Source of the DNA: a virus
Length of the DNA: 64,000 nt
Direction: 5' to 3' (one strand)
IMG/VR virus record: IMGVR_UViG_3300049617_000088
Coordinates: 1-64,000 of that record
Part shown: in pieces, positions 35,916 to 46,388 of the stretch
How positions within the stretch are numbered: the first letter of the stretch is position 1
How the letters are laid out: each line of letters starts with the position of its first letter
Notes under the pieces: model-generated
Databases searched by the model: none
What the model was told of the DNA's origin: nothing
The model's input: only the letters and a program-made list of their open reading frames with translations
Made by a program: the position numbers and the translations under genes

Positions 35916-36527
35916 TTAAAACCAAGATAGTATTGAAACAATTTTTCGATACCATTTGGGTTTACCAGTAACCATGCAATGGGAATTCCAATACACAATC
36001 GACTTGGCAAACTGTTCCGCCGTGAAATCACCTTGAGTCCCGCCTGCTAAATGCAGAAAATTACGAGCCATGGTATAAGGATCCATTGGTTCTTCTTCCT
36101 TATCTGTTCTCGCTTTAATACAAACAATCTCCCACTCTGCCTCTGTTTCGCGCTCGTTGTTCTCAGCTAATACATCGTGACGATAAAGAACAAAAGAAAC
36201 GTGCTTAGCAAGCTGCTTCTTAGCTTTAGCTGAAACCCTAATGAAGGGTACTTCGCCTTCTCTGCGAGGTGCAAAGTTAGCAGTAAGCCTACTCTTATTA
36301 TCTAAAGAAACAATAGCGGAATAGAATTTACGATGGCTCCATCCATAATCCATGTCAACCAGAATTACCCCGTCTCTATATCCTGGTCGAACTAATTGTG
36401 ACTTACTTAAAGAGCCCTCTACAATATGTTCCAACTCTTTCCAGGTTCCCTCAAAATGAGAATGTCCTGATTCTTTGGTTTGCCTTTTAACAAAAGCACC
36501 ACAAGCCACTTTCTTTGAAAATTTCAT
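35916..36527 (-). CDS. DUF3228-like protein
   Basis: PGYRDGV, VLYRHDVLAE, PMDPYTMARNFL..GGT. Confidence 0.55.
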   Translation of the reverse strand: MKFSKKVACGAFVKRQTKESGHSHFEGTWKELEHIVEGSLSKSQLVRPGYRDGVILVDMDYGWSHRKFYSAIVSLDNKSRLTANFAPRREGEVPFIRVSAKAKKQLAKHVSFVLYRHDVLAENNERETEAEWEIVCIKARTDKEEEPMDPYTMARNFLHLAGGTQGDFTAEQFAKSIVYWNSHCMVTGKPKWYRKIVSILSWF

Positions 36528-36528
36528 A

Positions 36529-36804
36529 TTACCATTCTTTAGTTAAAAGAGTATTTAATTTCTTCATCGCCCTATCGAATCTTTCGCGGGGAGACTCAAA
36601 AACAGAACCAGATTCGTGTTCAAGAAGTACTCGAATGAATTCTTTATTTTGTTCAGCAATTCTTTCTACAGTTTGAAAATCACTCTCACTCATTTCGCGT
36701 CCCGCTTTGACAGCTAGGTTGCTAATTTTATCTAGAATATCTAGAGCGTAGATAGCCTCTTTCAAAATATCCTTAGCATTTACTTTTCCCCAATTGTCCG
36801 GCAT
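36529..36804 (-). CDS. Hypothetical protein
   Basis: 91-aa coupled ORF. Confidence 0.55.
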   Translation of the reverse strand: MPDNWGKVNAKDILKEAIYALDILDKISNLAVKAGREMSESDFQTVERIAEQNKEFIRVLLEHESGSVFESPRERFDRAMKKLNTLLTKEW

Positions 36805-37381
36805 CTAACTCTCCCAAGATAAATCAATTCTGCGTGATGTTTCGTTATCAAATTCCAAATCAGACCAGCCACAACCTTCAAGAAAAGAAGTGTACATAGA
36901 CCTATAATAATAGGCTTGTTCCATCGAGCGGGAAGCAGCCATCCGTATAATGAAATGGTCAACTTGCATCGCTACTATATCATAAGGAATACGAGGCATT
37001 GATACCTACAATTTAATCTTCGTCTTGAGCACCCTGCAAAACGCGCAAAGCATCTTCCAAAGCTTCTGTAATCTCATCTACCGTTTCTCTTTTAACTTGA
37101 CTTGTTTGTTTAAGAAAATGAATATCAAGACGAAGATGTTCAGCCAAAGGTTCCCAAGCAGGAATGACTTTGGCGGGTGAAGTGAACGTGTTGCCGTATG
37201 AATTATCTTTTTGGATAAAATCTAAACTCTCACAGGCTTTTTTTTTCTGTTTCATAAATGTCAGCGTAAAAAGCATCTTCGGAGCGAAACCAACCATGTG
37301 CTCCACCTAACCAAGTACCATCCACAAACTGTACTGCCCAACCTGGATGTGATTTTTGTTCATGCCTTTTATCTTTACGAT

Positions 37382-38407
37382 TCATGAGTTGACCAAATTT
37401 AACCTATTAACTATTTCCTGCATCTTGGTAGCATCAAAAGCCAAGTTCATTCTAACCATCCCTGGCACCCCAAACAAGTCCCCGTTAATAAAATTAATTT
37501 TCGACTTGACAAAGTCGGCTTTATTTCCAACTTTAAACCAGCCAAACATTCCAGGTATTTGCTCGATATCTGAATTAACTTCTAGAATCTCTGTATTAAC
37601 TTGCTTAATAATTCTTTTGGATTCTTGTAGGGCAGCGTAGGCTTGACCCTCAAAACTTTCCGTCAAAGTAGGATAGCCCTGCATTCTATTCATCAAATCA
37701 TAAAGAAAGACTTGAGAGACCATCGAGACCCCCACCGTCATGGCTTCCATATATTGTAGAATCAAAGTGTAAAATTCTTTGTTGGGACAAACGACGTAGC
37801 CCAGCCTAAGACCAGAAAGACCCAGCATCTTACTTATAGAATAAATCTGAACATCACCAAAAGATTTTAATTGGTAACTAGGATCTATATAAGAGTGAGT
37901 ATAATAAGCTGCATCATGAATAAGTGGAATATGTCTCTCTTTTTCTAAAGAAAGATTACAAGCAATTTTTAATAGTTCCACATTAAAAATGAATCCATCA
38001 GGATTATTAGGAGATAATGCTAAAAAACTATCCCAAAAATTAGTATTATCATTAATACATTTAAGTCCATGCATTTCAGCAAGAGGAGGTATGAGAGCCC
38101 AAAAAGGATTCCTCATACCTAATCTTTCTTTTTTCATTTGTTTAAGGGCATAGAAGCAAGCGCCTAATCCCTGTTTAGCCCCATTAGTAATAATCACTGG
38201 AGCCTGATGTTTCTGTTCTAACAACTGAACTAATGGTTTATAGCCTTGCGAAGGGGGATACTCAAAGAGATGATCTATCTTGGGCAATTCATAGACAGAT
38301 AGATCAAATACTTTGAAAAGAGTATCCCTAACCACATGAGGTTCGCCAACGGAAACGTCAATCCAATCCGGTGGTAGTTGTGGTTTCGCAAGCAATATAT
38401 CACTCAT
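37382..38407 (-). CDS. PLP-dependent aminotransferase class I/II
   Basis: ITNGAKQGL, SPNNPDG, IHDAAY, SISKMLGLSGLRLGY. Confidence 0.92.
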   Translation of the reverse strand: MSDILLAKPQLPPDWIDVSVGEPHVVRDTLFKVFDLSVYELPKIDHLFEYPPSQGYKPLVQLLEQKHQAPVIITNGAKQGLGACFYALKQMKKERLGMRNPFWALIPPLAEMHGLKCINDNTNFWDSFLALSPNNPDGFIFNVELLKIACNLSLEKERHIPLIHDAAYYTHSYIDPSYQLKSFGDVQIYSISKMLGLSGLRLGYVVCPNKEFYTLILQYMEAMTVGVSMVSQVFLYDLMNRMQGYPTLTESFEGQAYAALQESKRIIKQVNTEILEVNSDIEQIPGMFGWFKVGNKADFVKSKINFINGDLFGVPGMVRMNLAFDATKMQEIVNRLNLVNS

Positions 38408-38628
38408 TGTCTTTTTCTTTTTGAATCTTTAGAGCCTCTTCATGAGAATAAAGAATAGTTTTATCATCCTTATAATCATCACCGGGAGCTACATAATATT
38501 TATCTGGAATGCCACATAATGTGATCCAACCTCTAGCCCCTAGATAAGTCATCTCAGCTCTCCATAGAAGACGACAAGCTTCTTCTTTAGAATAATTTCT
38601 AATATCCAAAGGATGTAGTTCTTTCATT
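38400..38628 (-). CDS. Hypothetical protein
   Basis: Starts about MKELHP directly after lysS. Confidence 0.5.
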
Positions 38629-40242
38629 TTACTTTTCTGGTCTAAGAGTTGGAAACAAGATAACATCCTTGATGGATGTAGTATTGGTTAACAACATAAC
38701 CAATCGATCAATTCCCATTCCAAACCCAATAGCAGGCGGCATTCCATGTTCAAGCGCTTCAACATAGTCAGCATCATATGCCATTGGATCTTTACTATTA
38801 TTTTCCAGTTGTTCTTGGAAACGTAACGCCTGTTCATCAGGATCATTTAACTCTTGAAATGCATTCGCTAATTCGCGACCCTCAACATACAATTCAAAAC
38901 GGTCACAAATCTGTGAGTTGTTATCTCTAGAGCGTGCAAGAGGGCTAATCTCCTTAGGAAACTGAGTAATAAAAACAGGACATGAATGCTTGCCGTCAGC
39001 CGTACGATAGTCCTCGGTAAGAAAAGGCTCAGCTACATATTCAAAAAGGACTGCAAACTTTTCTCCAGTAGATTGACATTCCACCAGAGAATTAAACATT
39101 CCTTTGACATCAATCTTTTGAAGACGAGTATTATTTGGATCAGAAAAGTTTACACTCTCAAGATCGCCAGAGTTATTAAGAGCAAAGAACAGTGCTAGAG
39201 ATGCCTTGTCACAAGCATTCACTACTGCTCTTGACATTGGCATCTCGACGAACTGAGAGAAAGTAAACGGTCTTTCATCATACCACTTATGATAAAAAGG
39301 ACGAACCACTTCTGGTAATTCAATCTGACAATATGGATTGATGTGAATTAAAAGCTCCTTGGTATAAGCAATTAGCTCCTTGAAATTACCATAAGCCTGA
39401 TAGCTTTCCATCATAGTAAACTCAGGGTTATGTCGAGTATCAATACCCTCGTTACGATAGTTGCGACCAATCTCATATACCCTATCGAGACCACCAACTA
39501 ATAATCTCTTGAGATAAAGCTCGGGAGCAATCCTCAATGCAAGAGGAATGTCCAAAGCATTGTGGTGTGTCATAAAAGGCTTGGCATTAGCGCCGCTCGC
39601 CACACTGTTGAGGGTTGAAGTCTCAACTTCCAAGAAGTTCTTCTCTTCCATAAACTGTCGAATAGCTCGGATGATATAAGTACGAACCGTAAAACGGGCA
39701 CGACTCTCTTCCGAAGACATCAGATCTAAATACCTCTTACGGTACTTGAGTTCTTCGTCAGCAATGCCCGCAAACTTCTCAGGAGGAGGGCGATGTGCCT
39801 TGGTCAAAAGCCTGAGACCATAAAGTAAAAGAGATCTCTCACCCGACTTAGATAGACAAGGAACTCCCCCTGCTTCCACAATATCTCCCAAATCAAATAA
39901 CTTAAGACCATCGTACTCAGCGAAGGCAGCCTTACTAACAATCAATTGAACCGAACCAGTTGAGTCAGTAACCTTGATAAAAGTAATAGCGCCCGACTTG
40001 CGGAAAGCAGTAATACGACCATGAATAGAATACTTCGGAACTTCACCTAGCTCTGCGGGCACAATGGTAGTCTTAAGCTTACCAGCATCTTGCTTACTTT
40101 GCATATAAGTCAGCAAGTAAACAATACTGGTATGATTAATAAAAGGTAAAGAACTGGGATCAACCGCTAGGGGATAGGTTCCGCCATTAGCTTCTTGGTG
40201 CTTATCCTTACGAATCTGGATGAGAGTATCTTCGGATGACAT
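38629..40242 (-). CDS. lysS: Lysyl-tRNA synthetase (class II)
   Basis: YRKRYLDL, GANAKPF, LRIAPELYLKRLLVGG, YRNEGIDTRHNPEFTM, GFGMGIDRLVMLLT. Confidence 0.97.
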   Translation of the reverse strand: MSSEDTLIQIRKDKHQEANGGTYPLAVDPSSLPFINHTSIVYLLTYMQSKQDAGKLKTTIVPAELGEVPKYSIHGRITAFRKSGAITFIKVTDSTGSVQLIVSKAAFAEYDGLKLFDLGDIVEAGGVPCLSKSGERSLLLYGLRLLTKAHRPPPEKFAGIADEELKYRKRYLDLMSSEESRARFTVRTYIIRAIRQFMEEKNFLEVETSTLNSVASGANAKPFMTHHNALDIPLALRIAPELYLKRLLVGGLDRVYEIGRNYRNEGIDTRHNPEFTMMESYQAYGNFKELIAYTKELLIHINPYCQIELPEVVRPFYHKWYDERPFTFSQFVEMPMSRAVVNACDKASLALFFALNNSGDLESVNFSDPNNTRLQKIDVKGMFNSLVECQSTGEKFAVLFEYVAEPFLTEDYRTADGKHSCPVFITQFPKEISPLARSRDNNSQICDRFELYVEGRELANAFQELNDPDEQALRFQEQLENNSKDPMAYDADYVEALEHGMPPAIGFGMGIDRLVMLLTNTTSIKDVILFPTLRPEK

Positions 40243-40266
40243 AGTGTCCTGTGAATATTTCGATAT

Positions 40267-40938
40267 TTGTTTATGGTTTTAGGTTACAATATTAAACAAA
40301 GAATCCAGCAGCTTGAAGCTTTAGGGGCTAAGAAACTTTCCTTACCCTATAAAGAAATTCCAGGTGTTATTTCTGCCAGAGCTTTAGAAGAACATCTCAA
40401 GCTTTTTGAGGGCTATAAAGATTTATTAAAACGAATTGATGCCCGTTTCGAAACCATGAGTAAAGATGATGTCCCTAAAAAGACTGCCTGGGATCATTCT
40501 TTCCGTGCCATTAAACAAGCCGAAACTTATGCTCTAGGCGGAATCTTATTGCACGATTTATTCTTCAATAACTTAACCACCGAGACCTCAGATTGCAAGG
40601 GCTTGGAAATTGAAAAGTTTATTAAAGGGCAAGGCTTCGCTTCTCTATCAGAGTGGAAACACTGTATGCGCGGTAGCTTAATGGAAGCTAGGGGTTGGGT
40701 AATCTTTTCTATAGATGACCAAGGCGACTATCGTATTTTATTATTAGATGCTCACGATGAAGGAGCAATGTTTGGTCAGACTCCATTGATAGTCATAGAT
40801 GTTTATGAACACGCCTACTGGATGGATCATGGAGTTGATCGTGCTACTTATGTGGATGGTATTTTTAAACACCTCAACTGGGAAGAGATCAACCAAAGAT
40901 ATTTGGACGCACGTGCGCGTCTCAGTGAATCCGTTTAA
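40267..40938 (+). CDS. Fe/Mn superoxide dismutase family protein
   Basis: LEEHLKL, LHDLFFNNL, GWV, DVYEHAYWMD. Confidence 0.88.
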   Translation: MFMVLGYNIKQRIQQLEALGAKKLSLPYKEIPGVISARALEEHLKLFEGYKDLLKRIDARFETMSKDDVPKKTAWDHSFRAIKQAETYALGGILLHDLFFNNLTTETSDCKGLEIEKFIKGQGFASLSEWKHCMRGSLMEARGWVIFSIDDQGDYRILLLDAHDEGAMFGQTPLIVIDVYEHAYWMDHGVDRATYVDGIFKHLNWEEINQRYLDARARLSESV

Positions 40939-41224
40939 CTTTACGAACTACTTTAACAATACGACACTTGGTTGGATCGAAAGTAGATGGCGCTGTATCA
41001 GAAGGGGGTTCAAGAAGAGAATCATAACCAGAATAGTTACGGATAGCAACTTCGCGCTCTCTAATGTCATCAGCCATTTCTTTGTCACCAAATCTAACTG
41101 CTAGCTTTCTATTTTCAGTCAGCATATTTTCAACCTTAGAAAAAGGATTGAAAGATTTCCTGCTCATGTATGGTGCGTAATACTTGTCCTCATATTTAAG
41201 AACGTAATAAAGAGTTTCTTTCAT
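40922..41224 (-). CDS. Hypothetical protein
   Basis: 100-aa ORF. Confidence 0.55.
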   Translation of the reverse strand: MKETLYYVLKYEDKYYAPYMSRKSFNPFSKVENMLTENRKLAVRFGDKEMADDIREREVAIRNYSGYDSLLEPPSDTAPSTFDPTKCRIVKVVRKVKRIH

Positions 41225-41257
41225 AATCTTACCTAATTGTTAATATTAAATTATACT

Positions 41258-41458
41258 TGGTGGGCATGGAGGGAGTCGAACCCTCATGACCCATATAACC
41301 TTATCGATCAAATATGAAGCATGCATGCTTCGTAATAACGTCCAGCGAAGATTCCATGAATATGTTTTCAAGTAAACATAAAATGTCGCTTGGCGATGAA
41401 GAAAGGGTTTGAATTAACAACTCCTATATAATACTGGGTAGACTATACCACCATACTT
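41258..41458 (-). ncRNA. tRNA-like RNA with about 135-nt structured insertion
   Basis: 3' GAGGG-TTCGACT-CCCTC-CATGCCC-A-CCA; 5' GTATG pairs with CATGC; ACCCA/TGGGT stem encloses a multi-stem insert including GAAGCATGCATGCTTC. Confidence 0.55.
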
Positions 41459-41509
41459 ATAAACCAAATTAGTAGTGGGTAATCATATTCGATTGATACA
41501 TAGTTATGT

Positions 41510-42001
41510 ATGCCAAGTGTAGCTTACAAAGTAAACGATAAAAAATTTTCCGAAGCTGTAAAATCATCCACATCCATCAGACAAGTACTAATGAAACTAG
41601 GGCTAAACGAAACCGGAAGTGCTTACAGAGTTTTTAAAAAGAGAATAAAAATATTAAAACTCGATATTTCACATTTTACGGGACAAGGACATTTACGTGG
41701 CAAATCTCATAACTGGGCAATTAAACAGCCAATTGAAGAAATACTGATTGAGAACAGTACTTACGCCAATATTGCCAGTCTGAAGAATAGGCTCGTCAAT
41801 GAGCATATTGTTCAATATAAATGTTCTGAATGTGCAATAACTAATGAATGGAATAATAAACCGATAGCATTACAACTCGATCATATTAACGGTATCTATG
41901 ATGATCATAGAATTGAGAATCTTAGGTTTTTATGTCCCAATTGTCATTCACAAACTTCTACTTTTGCTTTTGCTGGTAAAAATATTGGGAAGAATAAATA
42001 A
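41510..42001 (+). CDS. HNH endonuclease
   Basis: CSEC..LQLDHING..DHRIENLRFLCPNCHSQT. Confidence 0.92.
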   Translation: MPSVAYKVNDKKFSEAVKSSTSIRQVLMKLGLNETGSAYRVFKKRIKILKLDISHFTGQGHLRGKSHNWAIKQPIEEILIENSTYANIASLKNRLVNEHIVQYKCSECAITNEWNNKPIALQLDHINGIYDDHRIENLRFLCPNCHSQTSTFAFAGKNIGKNK

Positions 42002-42003
42002 AT

Positions 42004-42089
42004 TGGTGCCAACGGTGGGACTTGAACCCACACCCCATTTCTGGGACTTGGTTTTGAATCAAGCGCGGCTGCCATTACGCCACGTTGGC
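42004..42089 (-). tRNA. tRNA-Leu(CAA)
   Basis: GCCAACG/CGTTGGC-A-CCA; TTCAAAA loop; long variable arm. Confidence 0.93.
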
Positions 42090-42207
42090 AAGTTAGAATA
42101 AGATATCTTTTTTATAATAGCCGTAGCAAAAAGGAGGGGAAATGCCGTAGCTGAAAGATATCTTATTCTAAGATCTATATATCATTATCCCCATTTGTTC
42201 TAAAGAT

Positions 42208-42516
42208 TTACATTAGCGAATGCACTATCCAGCCAATGCCCCAGGTAATCAAAAAGCCACCAATATGGGTTCCGAGGTTTCTGCCCAAAGATTCTACATT
42301 CAAAGTTTCTTTTCCCTCATCATATTCTCTTTTAGAATAAATCTGCCAAGGTTTTACGGCAACAACAAACAAAGAGATTCCGATACAGGCAACTAAATGC
42401 AGTTGCGGTAGCGCTGGAAATGAGGATAATACAAACCAAGCCCAAAAAGTCTTGATGAGGAAAGCTCTCATCAGAGTGACAGAAACATACATAATCCAGT
42501 AAAAAATGAACGTCAT
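42208..42516 (-). CDS. Membrane protein
   Basis: Three hydrophobic segments; GAGG RBS. Confidence 0.6.
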   Translation of the reverse strand: MTFIFYWIMYVSVTLMRAFLIKTFWAWFVLSSFPALPQLHLVACIGISLFVVAVKPWQIYSKREYDEGKETLNVESLGRNLGTHIGGFLITWGIGWIVHSLM

Positions 42517-42531
42517 GATCTTTGATCCTCA

Positions 42532-42562
42532 ACTATAAGGTAGGAGCGTTTTACGATGGGTA
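42532..42562 (-). promoter_or_regulatory. Phage promoter box copy 4
   Basis: TACCCATCGTAAAACG-N9-TATAGT. Confidence 0.75.
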
Positions 42563-42598
42563 GAATTTTATAACTTAATTTTTAGGGCTGCCGAATGT

Positions 42599-43018
42599 TT
42601 AGCAGTTAAAAGAAGATGTGTTCCAGCCACAATCATCCATAGCGCGAATCAGCGGTCCAGTGAGATCATATACTTCTACCAAAGCATGTCCATGACTTTG
42701 GGTAATCTCACCAGCTTCACGAAGCAACTGAGCGGCGGCAGCCACTTTCTCTTTAGCTTGATCTGACCAAACATTGAACTCAGCCTCTAACTTGGTTAGC
42801 TTCTCTTCAGCTTCAACTTCGGAACAAAGACTGATAGAATCCACTTCTTCTATCTTGCCCTTCTTATAATAGTTGGTAGTCCATTGAACAAGAATCTTTC
42901 CCTCTTTGGGAGACTGAGCTACGACAATTCCTCTAGTGGAATTTTCTTCATCAAGATTATATTTCTCTAACGACTGGTCAAGTAAAACAACTTTATCATT
43001 AATTTCAAATGTTTTCAT
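42599..43018 (-). CDS. Hypothetical protein, C-terminal GWxxSSxxC family
   Basis: Ends GWNTSSFNC. Confidence 0.65.
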   Translation of the reverse strand: MKTFEINDKVVLLDQSLEKYNLDEENSTRGIVVAQSPKEGKILVQWTTNYYKKGKIEEVDSISLCSEVEAEEKLTKLEAEFNVWSDQAKEKVAAAAQLLREAGEITQSHGHALVEVYDLTGPLIRAMDDCGWNTSSFNC

Positions 43019-43461
43019 CTTAACTTTCCTTCATTCTTCAATTGTCTATATGTTTTATGTGGAACCCAGGAACCATCCCTCAAACGATATCCCCAATCCC
43101 TATCACGTCCCGACGTAAATACTAATGCCCAAACCTCGCCACTAATTAGTGTCAGCTTGTGAACATCCTCCGCTTTATGAACTATTACATCGCCGGAATA
43201 ATAGGTCTTAAACTGAGAACCCACGAAGTCAGGAGCATAGCTAGTTTGTTCTTGATAGGCTCCCTCTAGAATAACACTAGAGAAGTCCCAAGGATGGTCA
43301 TGCATATCAGCATCTAAATCTGATCCCATAATCTGATGGATATAAACAGCTCGCCAGGGAGTCTGCAACAAACGGAAACGTCGAAAACGAACCTGACCAT
43401 TCTTGGCAACAATCTCCTTGACCAAGAAAAGCTTGCGAATAATTTTTGTGAATAAACTCAT
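43015..43461 (-). CDS. Cupin-fold protein
   Basis: MHDHPWDFSSVILEGAY..H..W. Confidence 0.75.
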   Translation of the reverse strand: MSLFTKIIRKLFLVKEIVAKNGQVRFRRFRLLQTPWRAVYIHQIMGSDLDADMHDHPWDFSSVILEGAYQEQTSYAPDFVGSQFKTYYSGDVIVHKAEDVHKLTLISGEVWALVFTSGRDRDWGYRLRDGSWVPHKTYRQLKNEGKLR

Positions 43462-43868
43462 ACGTCTTCCTCTGGGAAACTGAGAGCTTGTTGTAGCTTT
43501 CGATCTAGATCGTGTTTCTCACATAGAGTTACAACCCAACCACCGCTACGACGAGAACCTTTCTCACCACATCTCTCGCAGATATGAAAGCTCATATTCT
43601 CTGCCAGCGCGATTGCACCACTGATGTAGGGAGTCTCTTGATTCATATAGAATCGGAGACCACCGAATTTTTCCTTCACTTGGGAACAATATACTTCTCC
43701 ACGAATCTCTTCAGGAAGATTCATGATCTTATGCTCTAGAATAAAACAGAGACCATGAACTAGTTTGTCCCAACCATCTGGCAGAGAGAATCCACTACGG
43801 GGATGCTCCCTAAAAAGAGTAGGATATTTACTTTGAAATAGATTAAATTTATCTTTATAGTCACTCAT
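43458..43868 (-). CDS. Conserved phage hypothetical protein
   Basis: QVKEKFGGLRFY..ICERCG..GWVVTLC. Confidence 0.75.
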   Translation of the reverse strand: MSDYKDKFNLFQSKYPTLFREHPRSGFSLPDGWDKLVHGLCFILEHKIMNLPEEIRGEVYCSQVKEKFGGLRFYMNQETPYISGAIALAENMSFHICERCGEKGSRRSGGWVVTLCEKHDLDRKLQQALSFPEEDV

Positions 43869-44197
43869 AGTTCGTCTCTAAACTTTAGAATTACTTCATT
43901 GCTGATTTTATAACAGAGAACGGCTAATTGATCGTAATATTCAAGAGTTAAATCTACCACCTTTTCAATCTCTTTCCTAGTAGCCATAACTCTAACTGGA
44001 ATCATTCTCTCTCTAAAAAGCTCACCAGTTGCAGGATGAATCCATTGACCGCGAGCTGGAGCCATTACCGTTAAACCACCAGTAATGACCCTAACTTTGG
44101 CGTCCCAAACACGATGATACCTGGTAGTATAATATCTACCAGGTCTCAATCTACGTTCAGTTGGTACTAGGATTTCCCATATTCTTTTGGTGGTCAT
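43865..44197 (-). CDS. Conserved phage hypothetical protein
   Basis: WEILVP..GGLT..GQW..ERMIPVR. Confidence 0.7.
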   Translation of the reverse strand: MTTKRIWEILVPTERRLRPGRYYTTRYHRVWDAKVRVITGGLTVMAPARGQWIHPATGELFRERMIPVRVMATRKEIEKVVDLTLEYYDQLAVLCYKISNEVILKFRDEL

Positions 44198-44593
44198 GAT
44201 TCTTTTCAGCTTGCTGAATTAAACGAAGACGTAATTCGAAATGCTTCTTTTGCTTCTCGTACTTCTTAAGTCGTTTGTTGATTCGGTTAAGTCTATCTTG
44301 AATATGTTTCTTCTTTTTTTTCCAATCATCAATTACTTCTTCAGGCACTTTGCTCATGGCGGAAATGGTTTCGCTTTTAACGGTAGATCTATTGTAATAT
44401 AAATTGGTTTTATCTCAAGAGATTTAAGATCAGCTTGATACGTTAGGACAGGTACGATCCAATCATTTTCATCTATGTCTAATAATAATGCATCAGCCTC
44501 TTTCTTGGAAAGAAATTTAGCTTCAGCTAAATCTTTAGTAAAAAAGTGCTGCTGCAACTACTCCTTTAGAAGACCACCATAATGGTATCCAGC

Positions 44594-44622
44594 TCTATAG
44601 AATAATTTCTTTTTAATGTCAA
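44594..44622 (-). promoter_or_regulatory. Sigma70-type promoter
   Basis: TTGACA-N17-TATAGA. Confidence 0.55.
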
Positions 44623-44636
44623 CTAAAATATAATGT

Positions 44637-44834
44637 TTATTTATCTTTTTCATGCTCACAACATTCATCATGAACTTCTACGTGTTCGACATGCTCGTCT
44701 TGGCAAGTTTTCTCATGACATTTGTGATGAAATTTGGAGTGCCACCACACATGGAGGCGACGAAAGAACATTCCAATGAAAGGAATCATCGCCATAACGG
44801 CTAGAGTCTCATCCATACACCAATGAAAAGGCAT
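44637..44834 (-). CDS. Small His/Cys-rich membrane protein
   Basis: GAGGAG RBS; His-rich tail. Confidence 0.55.
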   Translation of the reverse strand: MPFHWCMDETLAVMAMIPFIGMFFRRLHVWWHSKFHHKCHEKTCQDEHVEHVEVHDECCEHEKDK

Positions 44835-45332
44835 AATCTATCTCCTCAATATAGCATCGCTTCTTTAACTGCATCGTCAATCAAATCATCTTCCCAACAA
44901 CAAACGGTTTTGATACACTTCCTGAATCTCTTTTCATTCTCGCAGGCATCGCCCCATTTGGCTTCATAAACGAACTCTCCACCTTCAGCATAAAGACCAT
45001 CTCTAATATGATCCATGCCTACTCGGAGCATCCAAGCTTTAGCTTTGTAGATATCCCATTTTATTTAATCCGCCACAATCCAACGAGTTTTTCCAGACTT
45101 CATCTTGATCTTTTTAAAGGTACCGATAAGGAATCCATCATGTTTAATACCGCTGAAATGAACTCTCAACTCCGCATAATTGCTAGCGTCGAATGATTGA
45201 TACACCAACCAATCATTAATACTGTCACACGATACATCACTTTTATAATCCTGGATTTCAAAATCAACCGTGTCATGCACACTGAGCTTACCACCACGTT
45301 TGAGTTCGCCTATCTTAAGAACAAGTCTAGTA

Positions 45333-45629
45333 TTAATCATCGCCGCGACCATAGCCTATGTGATGTAATGGATTGTCATCTAGATCACCCAACGATTGTA
45401 AATCCATTTTGTTTAGCGCCTCGGCTTCTTTTTCAGCAATAGCCTCTTGAATAGCTTCTTTGCGCATCTTTCTCGTTTCTTCTTCTCTAAACTGTTCATT
45501 AAAAAAGTCACTAGCCTGCAAAGTATCACGAGGTTCAATTGCTTTTAAAGCACGATCAATTTCCGCCAGCTCTTGCATCAGAAGAAGTTTGCGTTGAATA
45601 AGCATCTCGACTGTTTTTGATTGAGACAT
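45333..45629 (-). CDS. Hypothetical protein
   Basis: 98 aa, AAGGA RBS. Confidence 0.6.
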   Translation of the reverse strand: MSQSKTVEMLIQRKLLLMQELAEIDRALKAIEPRDTLQASDFFNEQFREEETRKMRKEAIQEAIAEKEAEALNKMDLQSLGDLDDNPLHHIGYGRGDD

Positions 45630-45645
45630 ATGATATATTCCTTTG

Positions 45646-45717
45646 TCTCTCCGACAGGACTCGAACCTGTATAAAGCAGCTTAGAAGGCTGCCGCCCTTC
45701 CATTAGACCACGGAGAG
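45646..45717 (-). tRNA. tRNA-Arg(TCT), 3' end reads CAA
   Basis: CTCTCCG/CGGAGAG-A; GCAGC-CTTCTAA-GCTGC. Confidence 0.92.
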
Positions 45718-45809
45718 TCGCGAGACAACCTAATCTCTATAAATTGGTTGTCAAGCCCTACAGGGCGCCTGCCAGCCAAATAATTGATAAGCTGGTTATA
45801 TTTAATGTG

Positions 45810-46388
45810 ATGAGTAAAAAAGACTATACAAATTTAAAAGTAAATAGATTAACTTTTATTAAGGCAACTAACAAAAAGAGTGGTGGTAAAATTGTTTGGG
45901 AATTACTTTGTGAATGCGGAAATATCACATATGCTATTGTATATAAAGTAACATCTGGACGAACTAAAAGTTGCGGATGTTATGCTTTACAAGTAGCCTC
46001 AAAAATTGCCACTAAGCGCGGATTAGCCAATAGAAAATACCCTCCTATTATAAGCAGTGCCCGACGAGTATGGGAGTACTATAAAGATGGATGTGATTTT
46101 GAAACATTCTTTAAACTATCTCAATTGTCCTGTGATTATTGCGGTAGAAAACCATATAGAATATTTAATATTGGATCGAAACAACGTAAAAGTGAGTGTA
46201 CGAGTGACTTCCAAAAAACAGAAGGAAATTTTATATACAACGGTTTAGATCGTATTGATAGTTCAAAAACTCATACACCAGATAATGTGGTTCCATGTTG
46301 TTGGGATTGTAATGATATGAAAAAAGATCGTACACGTGATGAATTTATATCACATATAAAACGTATACATACTCACCTTACCCCTTGA
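45810..46388 (+). CDS. HNH-family homing endonuclease
   Basis: WELLCECGN..TKSCGC; NGLDRIDSSKTHTPDNVVPCCWDCN. Confidence 0.85.
   Translation: MSKKDYTNLKVNRLTFIKATNKKSGGKIVWELLCECGNITYAIVYKVTSGRTKSCGCYALQVASKIATKRGLANRKYPPIISSARRVWEYYKDGCDFETFFKLSQLSCDYCGRKPYRIFNIGSKQRKSECTSDFQKTEGNFIYNGLDRIDSSKTHTPDNVVPCCWDCNDMKKDRTRDEFISHIKRIHTHLTP

Noticed and set aside
41258-41458. Canonical tmRNA
   Set aside because: No G3:U70, too short, and no convincing tag reading frame
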